DNA of 64,000 nt from an uncultured Oscillospiraceae bacterium. Its GTDB lineage: Bacteria; Bacillota; Clostridia; Oscillospirales; Acutalibacteraceae. This document shows positions 9,813 through 18,693 of the stretch, piece by piece. Made by a program: the position numbers and the translations under genes. The stretch spans positions 30,148 through 94,147 of the forward strand of contig UQGM01000001.1 in the NCBI GenBank assembly GCA_900540535.1, in the 5' to 3' direction. The notes under the pieces were generated by a model, which was given only the letters and a program-made list of their open reading frames with translations, made no database searches and was not told where the DNA came from. The number at the start of each line of letters is the position of its first letter. Position 1 is the stretch's first letter.

Positions 9813-10553
9813 CTAATAAAGTTTTAATTTTAAAATAAAATCAAGATGTCTTTTAAGTTTATTGATATTCTGATATCTTCTGTAAATCTGAGTGGAAGTG
9901 CATTTTCTCACTATCATTCCGAGAAACCCTTTCGGAGTGCGTACAGTGGGATAAACTCCTAAAATAAGATAATTTATAAGCGTGCCCACTGCATAGACAT
10001 CTGTGGCAAAAGTTGATTCCGCCACCCCAAACTGCTCCGGCGCTGCATAGTTTACAGTACCGAGTTTATTGGTATCTCTCTTTTTTATACCTGTTACAAA
10101 CCGTGAAATTTCAAGGTCTATAAGCACCGCTTTGCCATCCTTATTTATAATAACATTTTCCGGTTTAACGTCACGGTGAACAATATTATAGCTGTGGAGA
10201 ACTGAAAGGGCACTGCATATATCAACAGCATACCTTATTATCTGCGCTTTGCTTACACACTGACTTTCTGAAATTTCACTGAGATTTTTTCCCTCAATAT
10301 ATTCCTCAAGAATTATTGTTTTTTCTTCAGCTGTGCAAACATCATATATTTCAGGAAGATACTCACTTTTTATGCCGATTAACTTTCTGAAAACATTTTC
10401 ATTTCTGTTTTCAGATTCAATTTTTACAAGCTTTTTTCCGGTTTTATTATGCCTGTATATCTCTATTTTATTTACGCCGCTTTTTCTCACAGTATCAATC
10501 TTATAAAAATTCTCTGAAATACCATTTTCAATATATGTCATTAATGTATTCAT
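9813..10553 (-). CDS. Small cytoplasmic Hanks-type Ser/Thr protein kinase (catalytic domain only; atypical DLE in place of DFG)
   Basis: Motifs HRDVKPENVII (catalytic loop), LIDLEISRF, and GTVNYAAPE (APE motif). No TM or PASTA domains. Minus-strand hairpin terminator at 9773..9812. Confidence 0.7.
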   Translation of the reverse strand: MNTLMTYIENGISENFYKIDTVRKSGVNKIEIYRHNKTGKKLVKIESENRNENVFRKLIGIKSEYLPEIYDVCTAEEKTIILEEYIEGKNLSEISESQCVSKAQIIRYAVDICSALSVLHSYNIVHRDVKPENVIINKDGKAVLIDLEISRFVTGIKKRDTNKLGTVNYAAPEQFGVAESTFATDVYAVGTLINYLILGVYPTVRTPKGFLGMIVRKCTSTQIYRRYQNINKLKRHLDFILKLKLY

Positions 10554-11005
10554 TTAATTTCGTTTTCCTTTTGCAGAATAAGTAATTCATTAAGCTCATA
10601 TACAGTAAGTCCATGAGCTACGGCATAAATAATAATACTGTCTCTTCTGAATCTCGGATAAAGCTCTGATAAACCGCATATCCTCAAAGTTTTCTGACAG
10701 TCATCCAAACCCAAATGCATAGCCAATATAAGTCTTATTACCTTATCCCTTGATGGTATTTTTTTGCCTCCGATAACTTCATAATAATACGCATAGGCAA
10801 ACTCCGAACGGTTTATTATATCAAAACTGCTGAGCTGTGATTTTTCAATAAGACTGTGCCAATGTCTTTTTATATCAGCATTGCTTATAATATCAGGATT
10901 CTTTTCAAGATACTCATCAATCGAAATTTCCGCTTTCATAAGCTCTTTCATCAGCTCAGAGGTATTTTTACTGCATTTTTCAGTTAATAAATCCGCTCTT
11001 ACCAT
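10550..11005 (-). CDS. Hypothetical protein co-operonic with the kinase (4-nt ATGA overlap)
   Basis: 151 aa, no recognisable motif. Translationally coupled to the kinase. Confidence 0.4.
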   Translation of the reverse strand: MVRADLLTEKCSKNTSELMKELMKAEISIDEYLEKNPDIISNADIKRHWHSLIEKSQLSSFDIINRSEFAYAYYYEVIGGKKIPSRDKVIRLILAMHLGLDDCQKTLRICGLSELYPRFRRDSIIIYAVAHGLTVYELNELLILQKENEIK

Positions 11006-11111
11006 TTACATCCTCATTTCCAGCCACATAAATATTAGAAATTAATTATTATTATATAATAATTATATGAGAATGTTAATAACACAAAAGAAATTTTTAA
11101 TAATATAAAAT

Positions 11112-11891
11112 TTATTTTTTTGCTATTCTCTTAAATTCCTCAAAATATCTTTCTCCGAGGATTTCATTTGACTTTCCCGAAAAATGTATGATGTCATCTC
11201 CGCCGTTTCCGCAAAGTCCCTGTGAGGATACAAAGCCGCAGTAATCATTTTCATTTATTGCTTCCTTCACAGCTTCACGTACATTTTCTGCATTTTCCTG
11301 CTGAGTGTACCATTCTTCAACCATATCTCCCGCAATAAAGGGAACATAGGGCATATTAAGTTCAAAGCGTATTCCTCTGATGAAAGAAGAAAAATTCTCC
11401 TTATAATATTCCTTTGTAACTGAGTTTATAACATCGGTTTCTCCCTGATGCCATAAAATCGCCACTACTTTATTATCGGGATTTCCGAGCTTTATTCTCT
11501 TTGCCATATCTACGGCATTTAAGTAAATATGATCCTTTCTGCCCCAGCATCCGTCTGAAAATCCGGTACCTCCTACAGCAGTGCGGACAAACAAAAGCTT
11601 TCTTCCCGGACGCAGCATCTCTTTTACATATCGCTTTCCGAAAAACAGATAAAATCCGCTCATTTTATGAGGTCTTAATCCGGCTGTTTTAAAAACATAC
11701 TGTCCCAGAGGCAAAGAAGGATTTCTCTTTGTATTGAATCTTTCATTTCTGAAAAGCTCTTTTATTCTTTCATCGGGTTCAAAATCTACTTCTCCCTTTC
11801 CGTATCCCACAGCATTTGACTGTCCTGCAAGAATCACAACATCATATGCATCCTTATATACCTTCGATTTCAGGTTTCTTATATTTATCAT
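11112..11891 (-). CDS. SGNH/GDSL-type hydrolase, sialate O-acetylesterase-like (DUF303)
   Basis: N-terminal VVILAGQSNAVGYG block (GQSN motif) typical of the carbohydrate/sialate O-acetylesterase SGNH family. Confidence 0.55.
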   Translation of the reverse strand: MINIRNLKSKVYKDAYDVVILAGQSNAVGYGKGEVDFEPDERIKELFRNERFNTKRNPSLPLGQYVFKTAGLRPHKMSGFYLFFGKRYVKEMLRPGRKLLFVRTAVGGTGFSDGCWGRKDHIYLNAVDMAKRIKLGNPDNKVVAILWHQGETDVINSVTKEYYKENFSSFIRGIRFELNMPYVPFIAGDMVEEWYTQQENAENVREAVKEAINENDYCGFVSSQGLCGNGGDDIIHFSGKSNEILGERYFEEFKRIAKK

Positions 11892-11905
11892 TTAAAAGTT
11901 CTCCT

Positions 11906-12619
11906 TTACTGTTTGCTGATTAAAAATTCTGTTATCTCGTCAGGTGGATCTATGATGTGAGGATGATGGTCACAGCCAGGCTTCATTATCACTTTGATAA
12001 AATCCTTATCATAATTTTCTTCAATAATAGCGCCGTTTTCTTCATAGGGGACAACACTGTCACTGTCACCGCTGACAAGAATTATAGGTATTTTATTTTC
12101 AGAAAGAATTTTTATTTTTCTTTCCGCTTCTTCTCTTATCGTAGGATCTCCTTTTTGAACACCATAAAGTTTCTGACATTTTATGCTGTCTTCCTCTGAA
12201 CCCTTTCCTTTTCCTAAACCAAAGGGCCAGCTGTTTATATCCACTACCGGTGCATCAAGATAAAGACTTTCAATTTTTTCCGGATTTGCAGCGGCAAAAT
12301 TTATACTGTATAATCCACCTCTGCTAAATCCGAAAAGTATAGTCTTTTTATTGAGATTATATTTTGCAGTTACAAAATTATAAAATTTCTCCATTAAAGC
12401 TATCGCTTTCGGTGCTCCGTACATATCGTGCATATCAACATACATAAGCACATATCCCTTTTTCAGCATATCAATATCCGCATAGGGGAAAGCTCCAAAA
12501 AATTCAGTTCTCCAAATCCAGCAGTTATTTTCTTTCCTCTTTTCAGGTTCCACAATAAAATATTTTCTTAATCCAAAATACCTTTTGGTCACTGAAAATC
12601 CATTCCACTTTTTGCTCAA
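11906..12619 (-). CDS. Alpha/beta-hydrolase-fold esterase/peptidase-like protein
   Basis: GFSRGG nucleophile elbow (GxSxG). Asp/His candidates downstream. 14-bp gap to the SGNH gene. Confidence 0.55.
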   Translation of the reverse strand: MSKKWNGFSVTKRYFGLRKYFIVEPEKRKENNCWIWRTEFFGAFPYADIDMLKKGYVLMYVDMHDMYGAPKAIALMEKFYNFVTAKYNLNKKTILFGFSRGGLYSINFAAANPEKIESLYLDAPVVDINSWPFGLGKGKGSEEDSIKCQKLYGVQKGDPTIREEAERKIKILSENKIPIILVSGDSDSVVPYEENGAIIEENYDKDFIKVIMKPGCDHHPHIIDPPDEITEFLISKQ

Positions 12620-12895
12620 TGTTTCACATCCTATATACTTATTATATATAAACTAATTATTTTAAATATTAAATAATTATACTATTTTGTTCTTCCTTTT
12701 TCCATATTTCGTTTTCCTTTTTTAAAAATAATAAATTTCTATTGTTTTTTTCATTTTATTATTTTAAACTTTAATATGAAAATATTTTCTGAATTATTTC
12801 AACGAAATATAAAATATCATTACAGCTGTGAAAAAAAGATAGTTTTTTGGCACTGATTATCTTATGATACTAATAAATTTCAGGAGGAATGAAAA

Positions 12896-13306
12896 ATGAG
12901 AAAATTATCATTAATTTTAATGTTAGCAGTATTGATTTCCATGATGTCAGCCTGCACAATGCCATGGGATGAAAAATCCGACGGCTACACTCAGATTTCA
13001 TATGAAGAAGCTAAAAAGATGATGGACGAGCAAGAGGACATAATCATTCTTGACGTAAGAACAGAAAAAGAATTTAAAGGCGGATATATTAAAGGAGCCA
13101 TACTTTTCCCCAGCCAGGAAGTAAATGAAGAAACAGCCGCTGAGAAGCTTCCCGACAAAAATCAGACAATACTAATTTACTGCTCCAGCGGAGGACGAAG
13201 CAAAAAAGTCGCTCAGCAGCTTGCTGATATGGGATACACAAGTCTTTATGAATTCGGCGGAATAAATTCATGGCCCTATGAGATTTACTATGATGTAGAA
13301 GAATAA
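12896..13306 (+). CDS. Rhodanese-domain lipoprotein (sulfurtransferase-like)
   Basis: Signal peptide with lipobox (ISMMSAC). Rhodanese motifs ILDVRTEKEF...YCSSGGRS with an active-site Cys. AGGAGG RBS. Confidence 0.8.
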   Translation: MRKLSLILMLAVLISMMSACTMPWDEKSDGYTQISYEEAKKMMDEQEDIIILDVRTEKEFKGGYIKGAILFPSQEVNEETAAEKLPDKNQTILIYCSSGGRSKKVAQQLADMGYTSLYEFGGINSWPYEIYYDVEE

Positions 13307-13371
13307 TAAAAACCTTGCTGCGGTAAAGCTAAAGTTATATACATAATTAAAATAAAAGATATAAATATTAC

Positions 13372-13410
13372 TGCGTTTAAGGTTATGGGAAACTTTAAAC
13401 GCATTTTTTT
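13372..13410 (+). terminator. Rho-independent terminator after the rhodanese gene (GCGTTTAAAG...CTTTAAACGC plus T7)
   Basis: Hairpin followed by ATTTTTTTAT. Confidence 0.7.
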
Positions 13411-13479
13411 ATATTATTTTAAGGCAATTAAATGAATTTCTGCTTCTTAATTTTTACTTTGATAAATTATGAAATTTTA

Positions 13480-13655
13480 ATCGCAGGCGGTTACATTTTC
13501 TCATTTCTGCTACTTGGTGTGTGAATTGAAAGCGGACATGTCCGTCGCAGGCACTTATAGTTGTTTTTCGCTGACAATCCGTGTGCGTTTTGCCTGCAAG
13601 CTCAGCTTGCTGCGACTTGGGTGCAGGCTCAGCCTGCGCTTGATTTTAGTGAAAA
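13480..13655 (-). repeat. Copy R1 of the modular palindromic-unit repeat family (short, reverse orientation; A/B modules only)
   Basis: Contains GCGGACATGTCCGC, GCAAGCTCAGCTTGC and GCAGGCTCAGCCTGC palindromes. CGCAGGCACTTATAGTTGTTTTT is the reverse complement of the B module. TTGGTGTGTGAATTG is the reverse complement of the tail. Confidence 0.8.
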
Positions 13656-13702
13656 AAACAGATATAATTTACTTAAATTTACTTCCCGGGAGGGATAAAA
13701 CC

Positions 13703-14722
13703 TTGGCCACTCTTAAGGATATTGCTGAAAAAACAGGAGTTTCCGTTTCCGCTGTTTCACGTGTTCTCAATATGGATGACACAATAAGCGTTGCGGAACA
13801 GACAAGAAAGAAAATCTTCGATGCTGCAAAGGAGCTGGGATATAAAAGATCCAAACAGAAAAATAAAAATCAGAATACTCAGGAACATTTAAAAATGGGC
13901 ATCGCCCAGATGTTTGAAATGGAACAGGTAATGGAGGACGTCTATTATCTCTACATGAAGACGGCACTTGAAGAAGCCTGTTTTGCAAAAAATATAGAAA
14001 CCACAAGTCTTTTCAGAAATTCTCAGGGACAGTTTGTAATGAACGGTTCGGAGGATCTTGACGGAATTTTTGCAATAGGCAGCTTTACAAAAGGGGAAAT
14101 TGAAAGCTTTCATAAATATACCGATAACATCGTCTTTGTTGATTCCACCCCCGACGATGAAAAATATTATGCCGCTGTTCCGAATTTTCATCTTGGAGTG
14201 CGTCAGGCACTGAATCGTCTTACAGAAGGCGGACATAAAAAAATAGGATTCATCGGCAGCCACTTCACATTGCAGGAAACCCGTGATCTTATTCTTGACG
14301 AAAGACTTTATTATTTCAGGAATAACCTTATGGAAAAGGGAATTTACCGTGAAGAGTTTGTTCTGGATTCCGAAATGGATTCAAAAAGCTCCTTTGAGGT
14401 ATTAAGTAAATTTCTTGAATCTTCCTATGAATATCCCACAGCTATTTTTATTTCATCCGATGCCATGGCTCAGGGAGTTATTAAAGCCATTACACAGGCC
14501 GGACTTTCTATCCCCGATGATATCAGCCTAATAAGCTTTAACGACACAATGCTTTCACAAAATGCAATGCCTCCGCTTTCTTCCGTGAGAGTCCTTCAAA
14601 GAGAGATTGCAGATGCTGCGGTAAGGTCTATGGAGGAGCAGAGAAAGGGCTCGGCTCATCCATATAAAACTGTTATTCCCTGCGTATATATCGAAAGAAA
14701 TTCCGTTAAAAATTTAAAATAA
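13703..14722 (+). CDS. LacI-family transcriptional regulator (TTG start; the 5' part of ORF 13514.. translates the repeat and is spurious)
   Basis: N-terminal ATLKDIAEKTGVSVSAVSRVLN HTH, then a periplasmic-binding-protein-like sugar-binding fold. GGGAGGG RBS 8 nt before TTG at 13703. Confidence 0.7.
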   Translation: MATLKDIAEKTGVSVSAVSRVLNMDDTISVAEQTRKKIFDAAKELGYKRSKQKNKNQNTQEHLKMGIAQMFEMEQVMEDVYYLYMKTALEEACFAKNIETTSLFRNSQGQFVMNGSEDLDGIFAIGSFTKGEIESFHKYTDNIVFVDSTPDDEKYYAAVPNFHLGVRQALNRLTEGGHKKIGFIGSHFTLQETRDLILDERLYYFRNNLMEKGIYREEFVLDSEMDSKSSFEVLSKFLESSYEYPTAIFISSDAMAQGVIKAITQAGLSIPDDISLISFNDTMLSQNAMPPLSSVRVLQREIADAAVRSMEEQRKGSAHPYKTVIPCVYIERNSVKNLK

Positions 14723-14739
14723 ATCGCAGTTTCTGTGTA

Positions 14740-15020
14740 AATAATTTTTTCAAACAATTGTGGAAAACGACGTTTTAAAAATCGTTGTTTTCCATATTTT
14801 TTTGTACTTTTTTTGGTGTGTATCCATAAAAATATGAGTTTAAAATGCATTTAATCAGGTTTTTAACATCTTTCAACAGGTTCTCCACAGGAATTATAAA
14901 CATTTTCAACATAGTTTTTCACATTTTTTTCATGAGCAGGAGTTGCACTGAAAGGTGCAACTTTTCCCCTATTACATCTTATATATGAAAGCTATTAAAC
15001 TCATCATTGAAAGGAAGTAA
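14740..15020. promoter_or_regulatory. Candidate oriC half / dnaA promoter region with a cluster of degenerate DnaA boxes
   Basis: TGTGGAAAA (14758), TTTTCCATA (14788), TATCCATAA (14821), TTCTCCACA (14881) and TTTTTCACA (14916) are each 1-2 mismatches from TTATCCACA. AT-rich. Confidence 0.5.
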
Positions 15021-15157
15021 AAATTATGTTAAAATTATTTGGTAATGAAAATGGGGTATTGTGCGAAAATAGACCTGATTATTTCGACAGAAAAGACCGG
15101 TTTCCATGGACTGAAACGACGGTTAAGGTATTACCCGATGAGATTAAGGAGCAAGAT

Positions 15158-16510
15158 GAAATGAATTCCCTTCAGGAAATTTGGACCCGTGTTCTCGAAC
15201 ACTGCAAAGGAAAAATGACAGAGGTAGCTTTTGATACCTGGATAAAACCTCTGGAGCTTACGGATTTTGAAGACGGAGTATTTGTAATTGCCGCAGATGC
15301 TGAATTTTCAAGAACCCTTGTAGAAAACAAGTTTTCAAAAACTCTTGCGGAAGCTTTCGAAAGCGCAACAGGCTTTACAACAGATTTCAGAATTACAGTA
15401 AAAAAAGCCCAGAATACAAAAAATGAAGCCGAACATGAAGATTCAATGGTAAAAACCTCGGACGAGCTTCCGGCAGCATACCGTAAAAAAATCATAAGCG
15501 ACTATACGTTTGATACTTTCGTTGTAGGCTCTTCAAATAAATTTGCCTATGCAGCGGCTCAGTCAGTTGCAAAAAATCCCGGAAAAACCTATAATCCGCT
15601 TTTCATATACGGAAATTCCGGTCTCGGAAAAACCCACCTTTTAAATGCAATTTGCTGTGAAATTAAAGAAAATAATCCCAATGCCGAAATAATCTATACA
15701 AGCGGCGAAGATTTCACAAATGAGCTTATCTCTTTCCTTACAACGGACAAGCTCACATCAGTTTTCCATAATAAATACAGAAACGCTGATATTCTTTTAA
15801 TCGACGATATCCAGTTCCTTTCCGGTAAGGTCAGAACTCAGGAGGAATTTTTCCATACCTTTGAGACTCTTAACAAAGCCGGAAAACAGATTGTACTTAC
15901 ATCCGACCGTCCTCCCAAGGAGATAATGACACTTGAGGAGAGACTTAAAACAAGATTCGAATGGGGACTTATTGCAGACATTCAGCCGCCGGATCTTGAA
16001 ACAAGAATGGCGATTATCAGAAGAAAAGCCGCTTCTCTTAATTTTGAAATCAGCGACGATGTTATTCAGTATCTCGCTGAGAAAATAAAGAAAAACATCC
16101 GTCAGCTTGAAGGAGCAGTAAAGAAACTCAAAGCCTATAACGATATTGAGGGACATGCACCTTCACTTTCAATGGCTCAGATAGCTATAAAAGATATCCT
16201 CAGCGATACCCAGCCCATTCCCGTAACCGTTGAAAAGATAATAAACGAGGTTGCAAGAACCTTTAATATATCACCGGAAGAGATAAAGGGTAAAAGACAG
16301 GATGCCAACATTTCCGCAGCAAGACAGGTTGCAATCTATGTTGTAAACGAGATTACAGGAATGTCACTTAAAGCGGTGGGAGCTGAGTTTGGAGGCAAGG
16401 ATCACTCTACTATCCTTTATAATATAAGAAAAGTAAAGGATAAAATGAGCAAAAATGCCACCTTTAAAGCGACTGTCACCGATATAATCACCAACATAAA
16501 AGACAGCTGA
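15158..16510 (+). CDS. dnaA: Chromosomal replication initiator protein DnaA (start at MNSLQEIW; ORF-track N-terminal 44 aa probably not translated)
   Basis: Walker A GNSGLGKTHLL. Sensor/box VII motifs. C-terminal DnaA-box-binding HTH (KRQDANISAARQVAIYV). AAGGAG RBS 9 nt upstream of ATG at 15158. Confidence 0.95.
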   Translation, partial: EMNSLQEIWTRVLEHCKGKMTEVAFDTWIKPLELTDFEDGVFVIAADAEFSRTLVENKFSKTLAEAFESATGFTTDFRITVKKAQNTKNEAEHEDSMVKTSDELPAAYRKKIISDYTFDTFVVGSSNKFAYAAAQSVAKNPGKTYNPLFIYGNSGLGKTHLLNAICCEIKENNPNAEIIYTSGEDFTNELISFLTTDKLTSVFHNKYRNADILLIDDIQFLSGKVRTQEEFFHTFETLNKAGKQIVLTSDRPPKEIMTLEERLKTRFEWGLIADIQPPDLETRMAIIRRKAASLNFEISDDVIQYLAEKIKKNIRQLEGAVKKLKAYNDIEGHAPSLSMAQIAIKDILSDTQPIPVTVEKIINEVARTFNISPEEIKGKRQDANISAARQVAIYVVNEITGMSLKAVGAEFGGKDHSTILYNIRKVKDKMSKNATFKATVTDIITNIKDS

Positions 16511-16764
16511 TTTTTAACAGTTTCTTCCACATTCCACACATAAGTTTCCACAAAGAATTGGAAAACTCAAAACCTTTAAAATTATTAACAAATTTTTCCT
16601 TTGACTTAAACATTTTAAAAAGTCCGGAAAATTCATAAGACAAAAGGCTTTCAGGGCTTTTTCAACAGTTTCAACAGGCCCTACTGTTACTACTAGAAAA
16701 TATAATATATATTTATTTAAATAATCCGGAAAAAACTTTTCCGGTATTTCAGGAGGTAAATGGG
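16511..16764. promoter_or_regulatory. dnaA-dnaN intergenic region: DnaA-box-like motifs plus AT-rich candidate DNA unwinding element
   Basis: TCTTCCACA, TTCCACACA and TTTCCACAA near 16522-16555. AT-rich run AAATATAATATATATTTATTTAAATAAT at about 16693-16725. Firmicutes oriC is typically bipartite around dnaA. Confidence 0.45.
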
Positions 16765-17865
16765 ATGAAGATAGTTTGCAGCACTGAAACTCTTTCTCAG
16801 GCATGTCAGAACGTTCAAAGAGCTGTTTCTACAAAAACCTCAATTCCCGCAATTGAGGGTATCTTGTTAAAAGCCGAAAACGGCAGACTATATCTTACAG
16901 GATATGACCTTGAAGTAGGTATCAATACATCAATTGAAGCAAAAGTGGAGCAGGATGGCAGCATTATCCTCAATGCCCGTTATCTCTGCGATATTATCCG
17001 CCGTCTTCCCGATGAGGAAGTAGAGATCGAAGCCGATGCAAGACAGCTTTGCTATATCAGAAGCGGCGAAACAAATTATTCTCTTAACGGAATTTCTGCT
17101 GAGGAGTATCCCGAGCTTCCCAGCGTTACAGGCGGAGCTCCTGTTATTATCGATCAGGGAATACTCAAAAACATGATAAGACAGACTATTTTCGCCGTTG
17201 CCGATAATAACAGCAATGTTGTATATACGGGTATAAAGTTTGAGATAGAAAAAAATCAGATAAAACTTATTGCTGTTGACGGAGTTCGTCTTGCAATAAG
17301 AACAGAAGAAATTGACTATGACGGAGAAGAGCTTTCATTTATCGTTCCGGGAAAGACACTTTCCGAGGTTATGAAGCTTATTGACGAAGAAGAAGCAGAT
17401 GTTTCTCTCGGAGTAGGAAAAAGACATATTGTATTTGAAGTTAACGGATACAGCATTGTTTCAAGACTTCTCGAAGGAGAATTCCTTGATTACAAGAGCG
17501 CTGTTCCCGCATCTTTTGCAACAACAGTAAGAGTAAGCACAAAAACTCTTATGAGCAGTATCGACAGAACTTCTCTGCTGATTACTGACAGACTCAAGAG
17601 CCCTGTAAGATGTATTTTTGATGATAACACCATTAAAATTTCCAGCATCACTTCTCTTGGTACTGCAAATGATAAAATTTTCGCTCAGATTGACGGCGAA
17701 AGAATAGAAATCGGCTTTAACAACAGATTCCTTATTGAAGCTCTCAGAGTATGCGATACAGACGAAGTACTCATAAAGCTCAACAGCCCTGTTTCACCGA
17801 TTATTATTCTTCCTCCAGAGGGAGAAAGTTTCCTGTTCCTGGTGCTTCCGGTAAGACTGAAGTGA
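16765..17865 (+). CDS. dnaN: DNA polymerase III beta sliding clamp
   Basis: 366 aa with conserved three-domain beta-clamp sequence. Position immediately after dnaA. Confidence 0.95.
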   Translation: MKIVCSTETLSQACQNVQRAVSTKTSIPAIEGILLKAENGRLYLTGYDLEVGINTSIEAKVEQDGSIILNARYLCDIIRRLPDEEVEIEADARQLCYIRSGETNYSLNGISAEEYPELPSVTGGAPVIIDQGILKNMIRQTIFAVADNNSNVVYTGIKFEIEKNQIKLIAVDGVRLAIRTEEIDYDGEELSFIVPGKTLSEVMKLIDEEEADVSLGVGKRHIVFEVNGYSIVSRLLEGEFLDYKSAVPASFATTVRVSTKTLMSSIDRTSLLITDRLKSPVRCIFDDNTIKISSITSLGTANDKIFAQIDGERIEIGFNNRFLIEALRVCDTDEVLIKLNSPVSPIIILPPEGESFLFLVLPVRLK

Positions 17866-18400
17866 GCAAACTGAGTTTGCATCCCAGACGCACACCAAGT
17901 AGCAGTAATGGGCAACTATAAATTCCTGCGGGCAAGCTGAGCTTGCAGGCAAAACGTACACGGACTTACAGAAACGAACAACTATAAGTGCCTGCGGCGT
18001 AGTTTCTGAAAAATCAAAGCAGAAACATTAAAGAACAAAGAACTCCACAAACCAATTTTCTGACAGTCGCCCACGTCGGCAAGGGAAAAGACATTGAAAA
18101 CAGAAAAACGTTTACACTTTGACGGTGATAAAATAAAACTTTCAAGTTGCCGTCGGAGGGCATTTAGCTCTAAACTTACCTTGCGCTGATTAGTGCTTAC
18201 TGTTTTGGCAAGCAAAATGCGTTTTTGCTCGACTTTGTCGCTATGGAAAAAAGTATGTGCCCTGCTGCGGCACGAGCAGCAAAACTTACTCATTTATCAG
18301 AGTATGGGTAAGAAGCAGCAAGTTAATTACACACTGACTTACAGAAATGAGAAAATACAGCTTTCTGCGTCAAAGTCTCATAATTTATTAAATTAAAAGT
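17866..18400 (+). repeat. Copy R2 of the modular repeat family (forward; A/B array plus a shortened body with one hybrid stem-loop)
   Basis: GCAAACTGAGTTTGC and GCAAGCTGAGCTTGC palindromes. CTTACAGAAACGAACAACTATAAGTGCCTGCG B module. CACGTCGGCAAGG...TTGCCGTCGG hybrid stem-loop. End motif TTATCAGAGTATGGGTAAGAAGCAGCAAGTTAAT. Confidence 0.85.
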
Positions 18401-18432
18401 GTATGCTCAGCCTGCAAAGGAGGATTTTTCAT

Positions 18433-18693
18433 ATGAAGATAAAAGTCAAGGTTAAGGAAAAACCGAAAAAAATAATAGAGATAAATTCTCCGTTTATAAA
18501 GCTGGACGCATTTTTAAAGCTTGCCGACTCTGTACAAAGCGGAGGACATGCCAAAATGGCAATACAGAACGAAGAGGTAAAGGTAAACGGAGAAATCTGC
18601 ACCGCAAGGGGCAAAAAGCTCAGAAATGCAGATGTTGCCGAATTTGACGGAGTGCTTTATGAGGTAAAAGCTGATGAAAGCGCTGACTCTTAA
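18433..18693 (+). CDS. yaaA: S4-domain RNA-binding protein YaaA
   Basis: About 86 aa with S4-like KLDAFLKLADSVQSGGHAKMAIQNEEVKVNGE. Canonical position between dnaN and recF. AGGAGG RBS. Confidence 0.8.
   Translation: MKIKVKVKEKPKKIIEINSPFIKLDAFLKLADSVQSGGHAKMAIQNEEVKVNGEICTARGKKLRNADVAEFDGVLYEVKADESADS

Noticed and set aside
13514-13702. N-terminal 63 codons of ORF 13514..14722, and similarly 29409..29576, 15026..15157 and 41672..41749
   Set aside because: These upstream extensions translate a repeat element, the riboswitch, or AT-rich leader. A good RBS precedes an internal start in each case: TTG 13703, ATG 29577, ATG 15158 and ATG 41750. These internal starts also give canonical protein N-termini.
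17982-18396. Small ORFs inside repeat copies: 17982..18293(-), 18193..18396(+), 32559..32888(-), 33012..33194 (N-terminal part), 44187..44390(-), 44434..44646, 44676..44870, 51373..51615, 51602..51931, 55216..55431(-), 55262..55444(-)
   Set aside because: They are translations of the multi-copy repeat. The same DNA is read in different frames or strands in different copies, for example the MRFCSTLSLW, MRFCLLLSLR and FIYQSSGKK variants. They have no RBS, and compensatory stem changes give non-conservative amino-acid changes. They are treated as spurious.
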